This document shows, piece by piece, positions 56,608 through 64,000 of a DNA stretch of 64,000 nucleotides. Every line of letters starts with the position of its first letter. Within the stretch, counting starts at the first letter, position 1. This DNA comes from a virus. Its lineage: Duplodnaviria; Heunggongvirae; Uroviricota; Caudoviricetes. Where the stretch lies: the IMG/VR virus record IMGVR_UViG_3300031857_000056, positions 38,590 through 102,589 of that record. The stretch is one strand, 5' to 3'. Below the pieces are notes generated by a model. That model was not told where the DNA came from. It worked only from the letters and a program-made list of their open reading frames with translations, and searched no databases. A program made the translations under genes and the position numbers.

Positions 56608-56933
56608 ATTAGTTTATTTAATAGTTCCTTTTGTTCATATGCATTACCAACAACTTCAATAGTTGACAGGTTCCAATAATTCCATTGATAACCTTGTAGG
56701 TTGTGCCAACAAACAGGCAACATTGTTTCTCTGAAACCAGCAGGTCCAAAATCAAACATACCTCGTATAAGATCGCCTTCGTAAATCTCTTTACCATTTT
56801 TATCAGTTAAGCCAGTATATTGTTGTGGTTCACTTACACCGCCAGCAATTCCTGACACACCTTCGTGTACATCAAAGTAAATAAAAGACTTAGAAATAAA
56901 TGAATACACTCTAAATTTAAATTCGTGAATCAT
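56604..56933 (-). CDS. YopX-family protein, paralog 4
   Basis: 'QQYTGLTDKNGKEIYEGDLI'. Confidence 0.5.
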   Translation of the reverse strand: MIHEFKFRVYSFISKSFIYFDVHEGVSGIAGGVSEPQQYTGLTDKNGKEIYEGDLIRGMFDFGPAGFRETMLPVCWHNLQGYQWNYWNLSTIEVVGNAYEQKELLNKLI

Positions 56934-56934
56934 A

Positions 56935-57336
56935 TTATTTTAATAGTTCACTATGTTCAAAAATATTACCAACAATGACGGACTCAAATGCTACATCACA
57001 ATTTAGATTTTTATAATTTTGGTTTGGTCCTTTTCGTTCCCATTGAAAGATATAACCGCCTTCATCAGCTTCATATAATACTTGTCCTATTACACCTGTT
57101 GTAGGTATAGAACCAGACTTATAAATTAGAATATCACCCTCGTAAATTTCTTTATCGTTGTTATCAGTTAAGCCAGTGTATTGTTGGATTACATAATCAT
57201 CGCCACCGCTACCATTTTGTAGATTATGGAAGCGTCCATTTAAATCAATGATAAAGTGTTGTTGATTGTCATTATGAGGATAAATCATGCGTTTTGCCAA
57301 TTTATCCCACACTCTAAATTTAAATCTGTTATTCAT
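56935..57336 (-). CDS. YopX-family protein, paralog 5
   Basis: 'KFRVWDK...QQYTGLTDNNDKEIYEGDIL'. Confidence 0.55.
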   Translation of the reverse strand: MNNRFKFRVWDKLAKRMIYPHNDNQQHFIIDLNGRFHNLQNGSGGDDYVIQQYTGLTDNNDKEIYEGDILIYKSGSIPTTGVIGQVLYEADEGGYIFQWERKGPNQNYKNLNCDVAFESVIVGNIFEHSELLK

Positions 57337-57339
57337 ATT

Positions 57340-57368
57340 ACTTTACCACACACTTTATAACAAGTCAA
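57340..57368 (-). promoter_or_regulatory. sigma70-like promoter TTGACT-17-[TGG]TAAAGT, only 3 nt from the annotated ATG
   Basis: TTGACTTGTTATAAAGTGTGTGGTAAAGTAATATG. Confidence 0.4.
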
Positions 57369-57557
57369 TCAAGAATCACCCATAAAAGTATAAACTTCAT
57401 TGGGCTTTAGAAGAGTCAACTTTGATTCCAAGTTGTCAACACATTTGCCGTGGTAACTCTGTTTAACCAATTCAACTGCTTTTTCAAGTGATTCAGCAAC
57501 CACAACCAATCCACCTCGCCATCCCCTATCCAAATAATAAGTATTCATAGTCTTCAT
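57369..57557 (-). CDS. hypothetical protein
   Basis: ORF of 62 aa. Confidence 0.3.
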   Translation of the reverse strand: MKTMNTYYLDRGWRGGLVVVAESLEKAVELVKQSYHGKCVDNLESKLTLLKPNEVYTFMGDS

Positions 57558-57754
57558 TTTCTACAATCATTATTGCGGATCTGATCAGTAACCTCAAGCC
57601 AATTATTCATATGGTTGACCATAAATTGAGTCATTTGAGGGTTTTGTTCAAAGATGGGGTTCCATACCCAATGAAACAACCGATAAACCATCCAGTGATA
57701 CCAACGAATCTCCATAGTTTTGCAATGTTTGGCTTCAAGCTTTGTGTATTTCAT
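57554..57754 (-). CDS. hypothetical protein
   Basis: ORF of 66 aa. Has a promoter plus a short leader containing GAAAGAG. Confidence 0.35.
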   Translation of the reverse strand: MKYTKLEAKHCKTMEIRWYHWMVYRLFHWVWNPIFEQNPQMTQFMVNHMNNWLEVTDQIRNNDCRK

Positions 57755-57769
57755 TTAATTTACTCTTTC

Positions 57770-57797
57770 AGTTTACCAGCTTTTTTCAGAAAGTCAA
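57770..57797 (-). promoter_or_regulatory. sigma70-like promoter TTGACT-16-TAAACT with a 15-nt leader
   Basis: TTGACTTTCTGAAAAAAGCTGGTAAACTGAAAGAGTAAATTAAATG. Confidence 0.4.
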
Positions 57798-57846
57798 ATG
57801 ATTTTTTAAATTTTTCCATTGGAACTAGTTGTCCAACCTTGAAATA

Positions 57847-57875
57847 AGATTACCACACACTTTATAACAAGTCAA
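57847..57875 (-). promoter_or_regulatory. sigma70-like promoter TTGACT-17-[TGG]TAATCT
   Basis: Overlaps the 3' end of the upstream gene. Would transcribe a possible 19-codon mini-ORF at about 57800..57862. Confidence 0.35.
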
Positions 57876-58233
57876 GTTTTTTCTGAAATGCGCTACCTTT
57901 ATCTTTCCAGTAAATGTTTGGAATACCTCGTTTATCTGCTACAAATTGAGACACGCCATCCCATTGTTTTTCTTTATACAATTCATACAACTTTGGCAAT
58001 TCATTATAAGTAATAGACTCAGCATCTGAAGCGGGAACAAAGTAATCATTGATTAAAATATACAATCCCAAACACTCTTTTTGAGTGCATCTATCAATTG
58101 CTGATGTTACAAACAATACTCCTTCATCCAATAGGTAAGCAACCATACTTTCATAGTCTGGTTCCATCTTGCCAAAAATGTTGTAATAGTATGTCCGTCT
58201 ATCGTCCTTTATATCAAATTCTTCTTCATTCAT
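57862..58233 (-). CDS. hypothetical protein
   Basis: Track start at 58314 is GTG and overlaps the next gene by 89 nt. The ATG at 58233 (MNEEEFDIKDD) leaves an 8-nt overlap. Confidence 0.4.
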   Translation of the reverse strand: MNEEEFDIKDDRRTYYYNIFGKMEPDYESMVAYLLDEGVLFVTSAIDRCTQKECLGLYILINDYFVPASDAESITYNELPKLYELYKEKQWDGVSQFVADKRGIPNIYWKDKGSAFQKKLDLL

Positions 58234-58501
58234 AACTTGGTCCCAACATAGGATTTTTGATTCCTTTGGTATAGTAATTTTCAGCAGCACCTGAGTAATA
58301 ACCAATTTCACCACATTGTGTGCATTTATACCTATGCAAATCTATATCTTTAAAAGTATCTTCCCATTTCCAATCTATATCAATAGATTCATCACCGGTA
58401 TAATGATTATATACGGGAATTTTTACTTCTACTAGTCTCTGATGCTTACAACTATTTTTCATTTGAATGTCAACCTTGAATATACCTGATATTATCTTCA
58501 A
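58226..58501 (-). CDS. Cys-containing hypothetical protein
   Basis: ORF of 91 aa with 'CTQCGEIGYY'. Confidence 0.35.
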   Translation of the reverse strand: MKIISGIFKVDIQMKNSCKHQRLVEVKIPVYNHYTGDESIDIDWKWEDTFKDIDLHRYKCTQCGEIGYYSGAAENYYTKGIKNPMLGPSYE

Positions 58502-58655
58502 ACCTTCTTTGTCTGGCTTCTGCCTCAGCAGTAGTAGTTGGAGGATCTAATGGCTTAGGCCACAGAATATTGTTTACTTTTTCAAGAAAATTCTCACTCT
58601 CTAATTTGTCAGAATCCTTTGCCATTTCAATCATAACATCAATTTGATTAGTCAT
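58470..58655 (-). CDS. hypothetical protein
   Basis: ORF of 61 aa. Confidence 0.3.
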   Translation of the reverse strand: MTNQIDVMIEMAKDSDKLESENFLEKVNNILWPKPLDPPTTTAEAEARQRRFEDNIRYIQG

Positions 58656-58659
58656 ATTT

Positions 58660-58878
58660 TCATTGCGGTAACATTTTAATATAATTGTATTTTACCTCTA
58701 CATTGATACTAAACACTAATAGTCCCAATGTCAAGCGTAAACAACTATAAGTATGTTTAGAAGCAAATGCTTCACTATCATAGTTAGTCACTGGAAATTG
58801 AAATCGTATTCCAACAAATAATCCACCACCATTTCTACAATGCCATTGCGGATATACACTTAAATATTTTGTATTCAT
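58660..58878 (-). CDS. hypothetical protein
   Basis: ORF of 72 aa. Confidence 0.3.
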   Translation of the reverse strand: MNTKYLSVYPQWHCRNGGGLFVGIRFQFPVTNYDSEAFASKHTYSCLRLTLGLLVFSINVEVKYNYIKMLPQ

Positions 58879-58879
58879 A

Positions 58880-59086
58880 TTATTTTGTCATTATTGTCAT
58901 AATCAACCAAACTATCCAAGCAGTTATAGTGGATATAATCCCCATTAAACCTATCATTAAAGAACCAAATCCCCAATAATCATTATCTTCAAACCAATAA
59001 TAAACTATAAAACTAATAAGTGTTAGAATAGTAATTGCAAGTGGAACCATCCAAGTTCCTAATGTTAATGTAATAGTCATATTCAA
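58880..59086 (-). CDS. small membrane protein
   Basis: Two transmembrane helices. Confidence 0.35.
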   Translation of the reverse strand: MNMTITLTLGTWMVPLAITILTLISFIVYYWFEDNDYWGFGSLMIGLMGIISTITAWIVWLIMTIMTK

Positions 59087-59208
59087 TATTGAGCAGTGTC
59101 ACTTACTTTTTTAATAAGCCTCATTCTTAGACATTTTGGCAAAATCAAATGTTTAAGTAACCACGCATAAAATCTATGTTCTCTTGTTTGTCGTATCATA
59201 TCAATGCC

Positions 59209-59394
59209 TTAAAAATTATGCATCTTTGGATTTTTAGAAAGTTTTAACGCTTCTTTAGCCTGTTTAATAACATCCGGGTATTCACTATGAAACTCTAAAT
59301 CAGATTTTAAGGCAGTAGATACCCAATTAATATTCAACGCAAGTGACTCATATAGAGCTTCTTCCAGTTGTTTGATATATTCTTGGTCAGTCAT
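59209..59394 (-). CDS. hypothetical protein
   Basis: ORF of 61 aa. Confidence 0.3.
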   Translation of the reverse strand: MTDQEYIKQLEEALYESLALNINWVSTALKSDLEFHSEYPDVIKQAKEALKLSKNPKMHNF

Positions 59395-59395
59395 A

Positions 59396-59623
59396 TTACT
59401 CCTTATACCACTTATCCATAATAAGTTTCTTCAACTCTTCATTCTCAGTTGCCAACTTTAGATTGCTTTCACGCAAATTCTTCAAATCAGCCGGTAAACA
59501 TACCATATCCTTATGTTCCACCAACCTATCAGCATAATTTTTATACCAATCCAATTGTTTCTTTAATTCAACATTCTCAGCCAACACCTTGTTATAAGCA
59601 CTCAATAATTCACTTTTAGTCAT
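59396..59623 (-). CDS. coiled-coil small protein
   Basis: ORF of 75 aa. Confidence 0.35.
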   Translation of the reverse strand: MTKSELLSAYNKVLAENVELKKQLDWYKNYADRLVEHKDMVCLPADLKNLRESNLKLATENEELKKLIMDKWYKE

Positions 59624-59624
59624 A

Positions 59625-60020
59625 TCACTTGTCCTCAGGAATACTAAAACGATCCTTCAAATAACGATGATACACTTGTTTACCACCAATAATAGCCAAC
59701 ATAACAGGCAAATAAAGTGGCCAAGTAACCATAAATACCCACACATCAAGTTGAATAAGATCCTTATTAATAATACCACCATTCTTCCATTCATAACGAA
59801 AATAACTCCTGTCATACCGCTTCTTTACCAACCACTTGTATTTCTGGTTCAACTTTAGTGCTACACCAAAAATACTTGCGGGAATAGCAAAATACATAAA
59901 CACATAAAAAAGTAACCTTGCAAAACTATCAACAAATTGTAACACTATAGCACCAATAATAGCCACAATTATAACGACAATAAACATCTCAACAAATGTA
60001 AACGCTTTATTATTCTTCAT
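59625..60020 (-). CDS. membrane protein with pilin-like N-terminus (paralogous N-terminus to 48911..49411)
   Basis: 'MKNNKAFTFVEMFIVVIIVAIIGAIVLQFV' plus two more transmembrane segments. Confidence 0.4.
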   Translation of the reverse strand: MKNNKAFTFVEMFIVVIIVAIIGAIVLQFVDSFARLLFYVFMYFAIPASIFGVALKLNQKYKWLVKKRYDRSYFRYEWKNGGIINKDLIQLDVWVFMVTWPLYLPVMLAIIGGKQVYHRYLKDRFSIPEDK

Positions 60021-60028
60021 ATATATTT

Positions 60029-60268
60029 TTAACTCCAGTCACCAATCAAACGAATTCCCTTGACAATAGTTGAATCTTTCTTTTTGGGTTCCTCTCCCTT
60101 TTCTAATATTTCGTGTTTGCCATAATACCACTCAGTATTGACATTCAATTCAACATCACACAATTCATACTTATCCATTTCATCAACACCACCTTCATAA
60201 CCAGCAACCACAACCATCAATTCAGAATCCAGTTGTGACAATGTTTCAATCAATTCTTTAACTTTCAT
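60029..60268 (-). CDS. hypothetical protein
   Basis: ORF of 79 aa. Confidence 0.3.
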   Translation of the reverse strand: MKVKELIETLSQLDSELMVVVAGYEGGVDEMDKYELCDVELNVNTEWYYGKHEILEKGEEPKKKDSTIVKGIRLIGDWS

Positions 60269-60469
60269 AACAATAGTTTACCACGCAAATTCACCCCTGT
60301 CAACCTTTTTTTACCTGACAAGTGTCAAGTGTCTTGTAGTAGGTCCGTAGTTCAGCATCAAAAAACAACCACATAATAAATCTACGAAAATAACTTTGTT
60401 TACGATAAACGCTTACTTCAATATCATTATCTGGAAAATACCACGCAAATCTTTCTATAATTTGATACT

Positions 60470-60754
60470 TCATATAGTCTTAGCAAATGATTCTACACTC
60501 TTCACCAAATCATCTCCGTTAAATTCAATTTCATTATGCATCATACCATAAAATTTAGCTTTGTCAATCCATTTTACCGCACCTTTGTCAATGATGCCAA
60601 CATTACCATATTTGTCCGTCACAACAAAACCTGTAACAACACTACCATCTCGTTCTATAATTTCCGCAGTTTTTTCTGCGGTCAAAATATTGCTGCGTTC
60701 TTTATCAGTTACTATCTCCAATAATTGTAAAAATAATTTATTAAACGATTTCAT
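60470..60754 (-). CDS. hypothetical protein
   Basis: ORF of 94 aa. Confidence 0.35.
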   Translation of the reverse strand: MKSFNKLFLQLLEIVTDKERSNILTAEKTAEIIERDGSVVTGFVVTDKYGNVGIIDKGAVKWIDKAKFYGMMHNEIEFNGDDLVKSVESFAKTI

Positions 60755-60755
60755 A

Positions 60756-61025
60756 TCAATCTTCCCTTACATTTTCAATAATAGTTTCAGTTTTTTCGTA
60801 ACCACCTTCTCCTGTATATTGATATCCTGTAATATGAATTTTTATACGATCATTGTTTTGATGAATACTAACTTTAGGATGGTCAATACCTATACCCTTA
60901 TAAATCTTAACAGGATTATCTACAGGATAAAAATAAAATTCTCCATTAGAAAAATCCATCCTATCACAATCCTTCGTTACATATTTATCACTATCGTAAT
61001 CATAATAACTTACTTTAAATTTCAT
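60756..61025 (-). CDS. hypothetical protein
   Basis: ORF of 89 aa. Confidence 0.35.
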   Translation of the reverse strand: MKFKVSYYDYDSDKYVTKDCDRMDFSNGEFYFYPVDNPVKIYKGIGIDHPKVSIHQNNDRIKIHITGYQYTGEGGYEKTETIIENVRED

Positions 61026-61384
61026 AAAACTAAATTTTCATTTAAACATTCATTGATTTGTTCAGTGGTCTTAGTATGTTTAACTTTCAAAAACATTATT
61101 GAGCACTGAAAATTCCACCATTCAATGCCAATTGACACACTACCAGAACTTCTTCCAAGAGATTCAATACTAGAAAGAACACCTTGATGCCACCTCAGAA
61201 TATACAATGATGGAATAGGATAAACCTTCTCCTTATTCATATGTTTATATCCAAAACAACTAATACTATACTCAGTTTCATAGTTAGGATGTCCATTTGT
61301 ACATATCCACATCAATTTGCCCAATGATAATGTCGGGGAAAACTTACCTCTTGAATTGAAAAACTTAAATTTCATATTGTTCAT
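61022..61384 (-). CDS. hypothetical protein
   Basis: ORF of 120 aa. Confidence 0.4.
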   Translation of the reverse strand: MNNMKFKFFNSRGKFSPTLSLGKLMWICTNGHPNYETEYSISCFGYKHMNKEKVYPIPSLYILRWHQGVLSSIESLGRSSGSVSIGIEWWNFQCSIMFLKVKHTKTTEQINECLNENLVL

Positions 61385-61399
61385 TTTTATTACTCCACC

Positions 61400-61429
61400 A
61401 CTTTACCACGGGAAATTAAAGAAAGTCAA
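61400..61429 (-). promoter_or_regulatory. sigma70-like promoter TTGACT-18-[TGG]TAAAGT with a 15-nt leader containing GGTGGAG
   Basis: TTGACTTTCTTTAATTTCCCGTGGTAAAGTGGTGGAGTAATAAAAATG. Confidence 0.45.
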
Positions 61430-62013
61430 TCATTATTTTTTACAAAATCCCACTTGTCAGCATCATTCATTCTTGCACTAATACCATCACACAAATGCAA
61501 CAACCACGCAGCTTTAGTCTTTGGCATCACCGGACTACCCCACTCACGCTGTCCGTGATGTGACAAAATGTTGTGGGTAACACTATCAGCATACTTACCA
61601 TATTTTAAACTATGTGTAGCTACAGCACTATTCCATACCAATGCACTACGACTAATATGATGAATAGTTCTTTTGTGTTCTGTGCCAAACCATACATTGT
61701 ATGACTTATCCACTGGCTCATAATCCCACATTTTGCCACAATCGTGAAATAATGCACTCAAATACAATTCAATCGGGTCAATATCTATGATGTTACAAAA
61801 TGTTGTGGATTTCAATAAATTAAAATTAGCAAAACACAACCCAACCACTTCACAAGTATGTTGTATCAAACCACCTTTACCATAGTGATGTTGATGTTTT
61901 TTGCTACTACCACTCCACAACTCAAATCGTGGGTCATCAATTACCACAGAAGCAATATCATATACACCCAAATTATTTGCTCGGTCAATCAAATGTTGTT
62001 TATAATCATTCAT
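61426..62013 (-). CDS. HD-domain phosphohydrolase
   Basis: 'H..E', 'ALFHDCGK' (HD), 'HH', 'LSHHGQREWGSP', 'D' in 'LCDGIS'. Confidence 0.5.
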   Translation of the reverse strand: MNDYKQHLIDRANNLGVYDIASVVIDDPRFELWSGSSKKHQHHYGKGGLIQHTCEVVGLCFANFNLLKSTTFCNIIDIDPIELYLSALFHDCGKMWDYEPVDKSYNVWFGTEHKRTIHHISRSALVWNSAVATHSLKYGKYADSVTHNILSHHGQREWGSPVMPKTKAAWLLHLCDGISARMNDADKWDFVKNND

Positions 62014-62019
62014 AATCTT

Positions 62020-62047
62020 ACTTTACCACAGAAATTCCTAAAGTCAA
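62020..62047 (-). promoter_or_regulatory. sigma70-like promoter TTGACT-16-[TGG]TAAAGT, 6 nt from the ATG
   Basis: TTGACTTTAGGAATTTCTGTGGTAAAGTAAGATTATG. Confidence 0.5.
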
Positions 62048-62213
62048 TCATTTTTACAATGTACAATAACTTCAAAAATCAACCAAGACAAACTTACTCC
62101 ATAACTTTTGCCAACAACATACAATGAACAACACGGAAATACCTCTATCAATTTTAATCCAGTATCCACTTCATGCGTCAGTTTCAATATAATTGTCCAA
62201 TTCTTATAATTAA

Positions 62214-62555
62214 TCATACATATTTCTTTTTATACAATACTAACAATATCAGATTACTTTCCACCGTGGTATAATACATTTTTGATTTATATACATCGTC
62301 AGCAATAGGCATATTAACTTTAAACTCTCTAAGCCACGGGTCAAACATTATTCCTGTGCCAATGTCTTTTTCATAAGCATAATAATATCCATCATAGCCA
62401 GCTAGCAATTTATGATGTGAGTATTTCCACTTAGTATTTAAAATAGGATACTTAGCATCTATCTCTCTACCGCTCATAAAGTGAGATTCAAAGCATCCTT
62501 TCCATAAGTTGGTCTGACTTACACACGGAACATCTTTAGCAGCGGTAATATTCAT
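62214..62555 (-). CDS. hypothetical protein
   Basis: ORF of 113 aa. Confidence 0.4.
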   Translation of the reverse strand: MNITAAKDVPCVSQTNLWKGCFESHFMSGREIDAKYPILNTKWKYSHHKLLAGYDGYYYAYEKDIGTGIMFDPWLREFKVNMPIADDVYKSKMYYTTVESNLILLVLYKKKYV

Positions 62556-62561
62556 AAAAAC

Positions 62562-62744
62562 TTATTCAGTTTTCTTTTCAATCTTCTCCGTCAACTCTCG
62601 TATCATATCAATCGCACCAATTAAAATTACATCAGTACCACTTAAACTACAATCACTAACCAGTTCAATTCCACGCCTTTGCGCTTCTAATGCATATTCA
62701 CGCCAAGGTCCATTTGGTAAGTCTGTAATTTTAATAGAGCTCAC
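62562..62744 (-). CDS. hypothetical protein
   Basis: ORF of 60 aa. Confidence 0.3.
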   Translation of the reverse strand: MSSIKITDLPNGPWREYALEAQRRGIELVSDCSLSGTDVILIGAIDMIRELTEKIEKKTE

Positions 62745-63037
62745 AAAAATTTATAGCTATATACACTATTCTGTGTTTTAAAATACTTATCACCCACCTC
62801 AGTCACTCTGGATGTAGTAAACACACCACGCACCTCTACACCATTACGCTTGGTTCTATCAATAAACACATTCTTACCCACTTCAATTTCATATAGTAGA
62901 TAACCCTCCAAATTGTATTCAATCGGAATGCTACTATAGTTATCATTAGGTTTACCCATAATATGTTCATCCATACTTCTAGCGGGTAACCCTCCCGTCA
63001 CTTCTGCCAACTTCTCAATATAAATCTGTTTGTTCAT
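62741..63037 (-). CDS. hypothetical protein
   Basis: ORF of 98 aa. Confidence 0.35.
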   Translation of the reverse strand: MNKQIYIEKLAEVTGGLPARSMDEHIMGKPNDNYSSIPIEYNLEGYLLYEIEVGKNVFIDRTKRNGVEVRGVFTTSRVTEVGDKYFKTQNSVYSYKFL

Positions 63038-63040
63038 ATA

Positions 63041-63427
63041 TTATCTAATTGTAGTTCCGTCACTCGTAGTAACATTAGTTTTAGCATTAAGCTTATCAAG
63101 TGCTTGTTGTACAGATGAACGCCACTTGTTATTGTCTTTGATAGTCTCCATATCATCTGAAATAAAATTAATACCATTAGATGATGGTACATTGGCAGTA
63201 CTAATCCCGCCGCCTCCATCCATCACTGGATTATCAGTACGATGTATAGTGACAAAAGGCACATTTCCACAATATGTGTTTGGAAGTGGATTAGTAGGCC
63301 AATTTGGATTGGTTGCACTAATATTTAGTGCTTGACGACACTGTTCATACAAAGCTGTTACTTCTTGTTCAGTTAGAAAATATGCAGCGTCTTTGATTGT
63401 TAGTTTAAAAGTCTTTTCAATAGTCAT
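63041..63427 (-). CDS. hypothetical protein
   Basis: Track start at 63463 is TTG and overlaps the promoter -35. The ATG is at 63427 (MTIEKTF), 7 nt after the -10. Confidence 0.4.
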   Translation of the reverse strand: MTIEKTFKLTIKDAAYFLTEQEVTALYEQCRQALNISATNPNWPTNPLPNTYCGNVPFVTIHRTDNPVMDGGGGISTANVPSSNGINFISDDMETIKDNNKWRSSVQQALDKLNAKTNVTTSDGTTIR

Positions 63428-63434
63428 ATAATTT

Positions 63435-63463
63435 ATATTAACCGTTACCCCAAACAAAGTCAA
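63435..63463 (-). promoter_or_regulatory. sigma70-like promoter TTGACT-17-TAATAT, 7 nt from the ATG
   Basis: TTGACTTTGTTTGGGGTAACGGTTAATATAAATTATATG. Divergent from the plus-strand promoter. Confidence 0.45.
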
Positions 63464-63471
63464 GTACTTTC

Positions 63472-63500
63472 TTGATTTGTATCTTTGTTCGTGGTATATT
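63472..63500 (+). promoter_or_regulatory. sigma70-like promoter TTGATT-17-[TGG]TATATT, 8 nt from the ATG
   Basis: TTGATTTGTATCTTTGTTCGTGGTATATTTATAAGATATG. Confidence 0.45.
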
Positions 63501-63508
63501 TATAAGAT

Positions 63509-64000
63509 ATGATACTTTCAGAAAATCGTCACGTTGAAAAAGGATGCTTAATGGCACAAGTGAGTCCTACATATGGACCACACGTTATTAGACTAGGTAG
63601 AACTGCAATACCTCCACATATACTATATACAGATCCAAACGATCCTACATACGGTTATGACGATGAACCCCACGTTACACTAAAATACGGTTTTGAACCA
63701 GATTTAAGCAAAATGAACGTGGCTAAAATACTTCAAGGTACAAAGCCATTTAATATTGTATTAAAAGCACTCAACTTGTTTGAAAATGACAAGTTTGATG
63801 TGGTAAAGTTTGAAGTGCAAAAATGCCCCACACTCACAGAACTAAGACGTAGATGTGATGGTTATCCTAATAATGATAGTTATCCTGACTACAATCCCCA
63901 TATGACACTTGCTTATGTAAAGAAAGGTACTTTTCCACATATCAAAGATAATCTAAATATAGCTCTACCAATTACCCGATTCAAATATAGTGGTCCCAAT
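63509..64000 (+). CDS. 2H phosphoesterase (LigT/2',3'-cyclic phosphodiesterase-like), 3' partial
   Basis: Two H-x-T-x motifs, 'PHVTLKYG' and 'NPHMTLAYV'. Open to the window end. Not in the ORF track. Confidence 0.55.
   Translation, partial: MILSENRHVEKGCLMAQVSPTYGPHVIRLGRTAIPPHILYTDPNDPTYGYDDEPHVTLKYGFEPDLSKMNVAKILQGTKPFNIVLKALNLFENDKFDVVKFEVQKCPTLTELRRRCDGYPNNDSYPDYNPHMTLAYVKKGTFPHIKDNLNIALPITRFKYSGPN

Noticed and set aside
60561-61109. 182-aa plus-strand ORF, plus other plus-strand ORFs in the 21-63 kb block (e.g. 24010, 24385, 26713, 31317, 31857, 45485-46272, 55427, 55737, 57611, 61858)
   Set aside because: They lie antisense to dense, promoter-equipped minus-strand genes. A+T richness gives long open frames by chance and there is no family motif support.

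Overview
A+T-rich (~32% GC) bacteriophage DNA with a classic two-block layout. Bases 1-21360 are a plus-strand late/structural block. It holds LamG/ConA-like lectin-domain paralogs, a Ser/Asn-rich fiber protein with 20-aa tandem repeats, and a 1207-aa collagen-like (G-X-Y) fiber carrying two embedded cupredoxin-like domains. It also holds a protein built from seven 56-aa repeats, a tandem array of five glycine-rich fiber paralogs, and a sulfotransferase plus possible 2OG oxygenase pair flanked by duplicated small genes. Bases 21358-63463 are a dense minus-strand early/metabolic block with about 90 mostly small genes. Recognisable products there include an ATP-dependent DNA ligase, a CDA-fold deaminase, a Mom-like acyltransferase, and an RNA-repair set (Pnk-like kinase, calcineurin-type phosphoesterase, Rnl1-like and Rnl5-like RNA ligases, PTH2, HD hydrolase, and a 3'-partial LigT/2H phosphoesterase on the plus strand). 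It also has an SPFH/band-7 lipoprotein, dCMP deaminase and metallophosphatases. One operon reads glycosyltransferase x2, APS-kinase-like P-loop kinase, DHFR, thymidylate synthase, with a free-standing GIY-YIG homing endonuclease beside it. A second GIY-YIG gene, two pilin-like proteins, a GT28-like plus LpxH-like pair, five YopX paralogs and many Zn-ribbon or membrane mini-proteins complete the block. Minus-strand genes are driven by at least 17 near-consensus sigma70 promoters (TTGACT-N16/17-[TGn]TAnnnT) whose -10 hexamer sits 6-8 nt from the ATG, implying leaderless mRNAs. A 35-bp terminator-containing element recurs three times. No tRNA genes, CRISPR arrays or transposons were seen. Many ORF-track starts are TTG or GTG and were moved to ATG where checked. 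Most striking candidates: the cupredoxin-in-collagen fiber, a phage sulfation toolkit, systematic leaderless promoter geometry, and a dispersed multi-enzyme RNA repair set.
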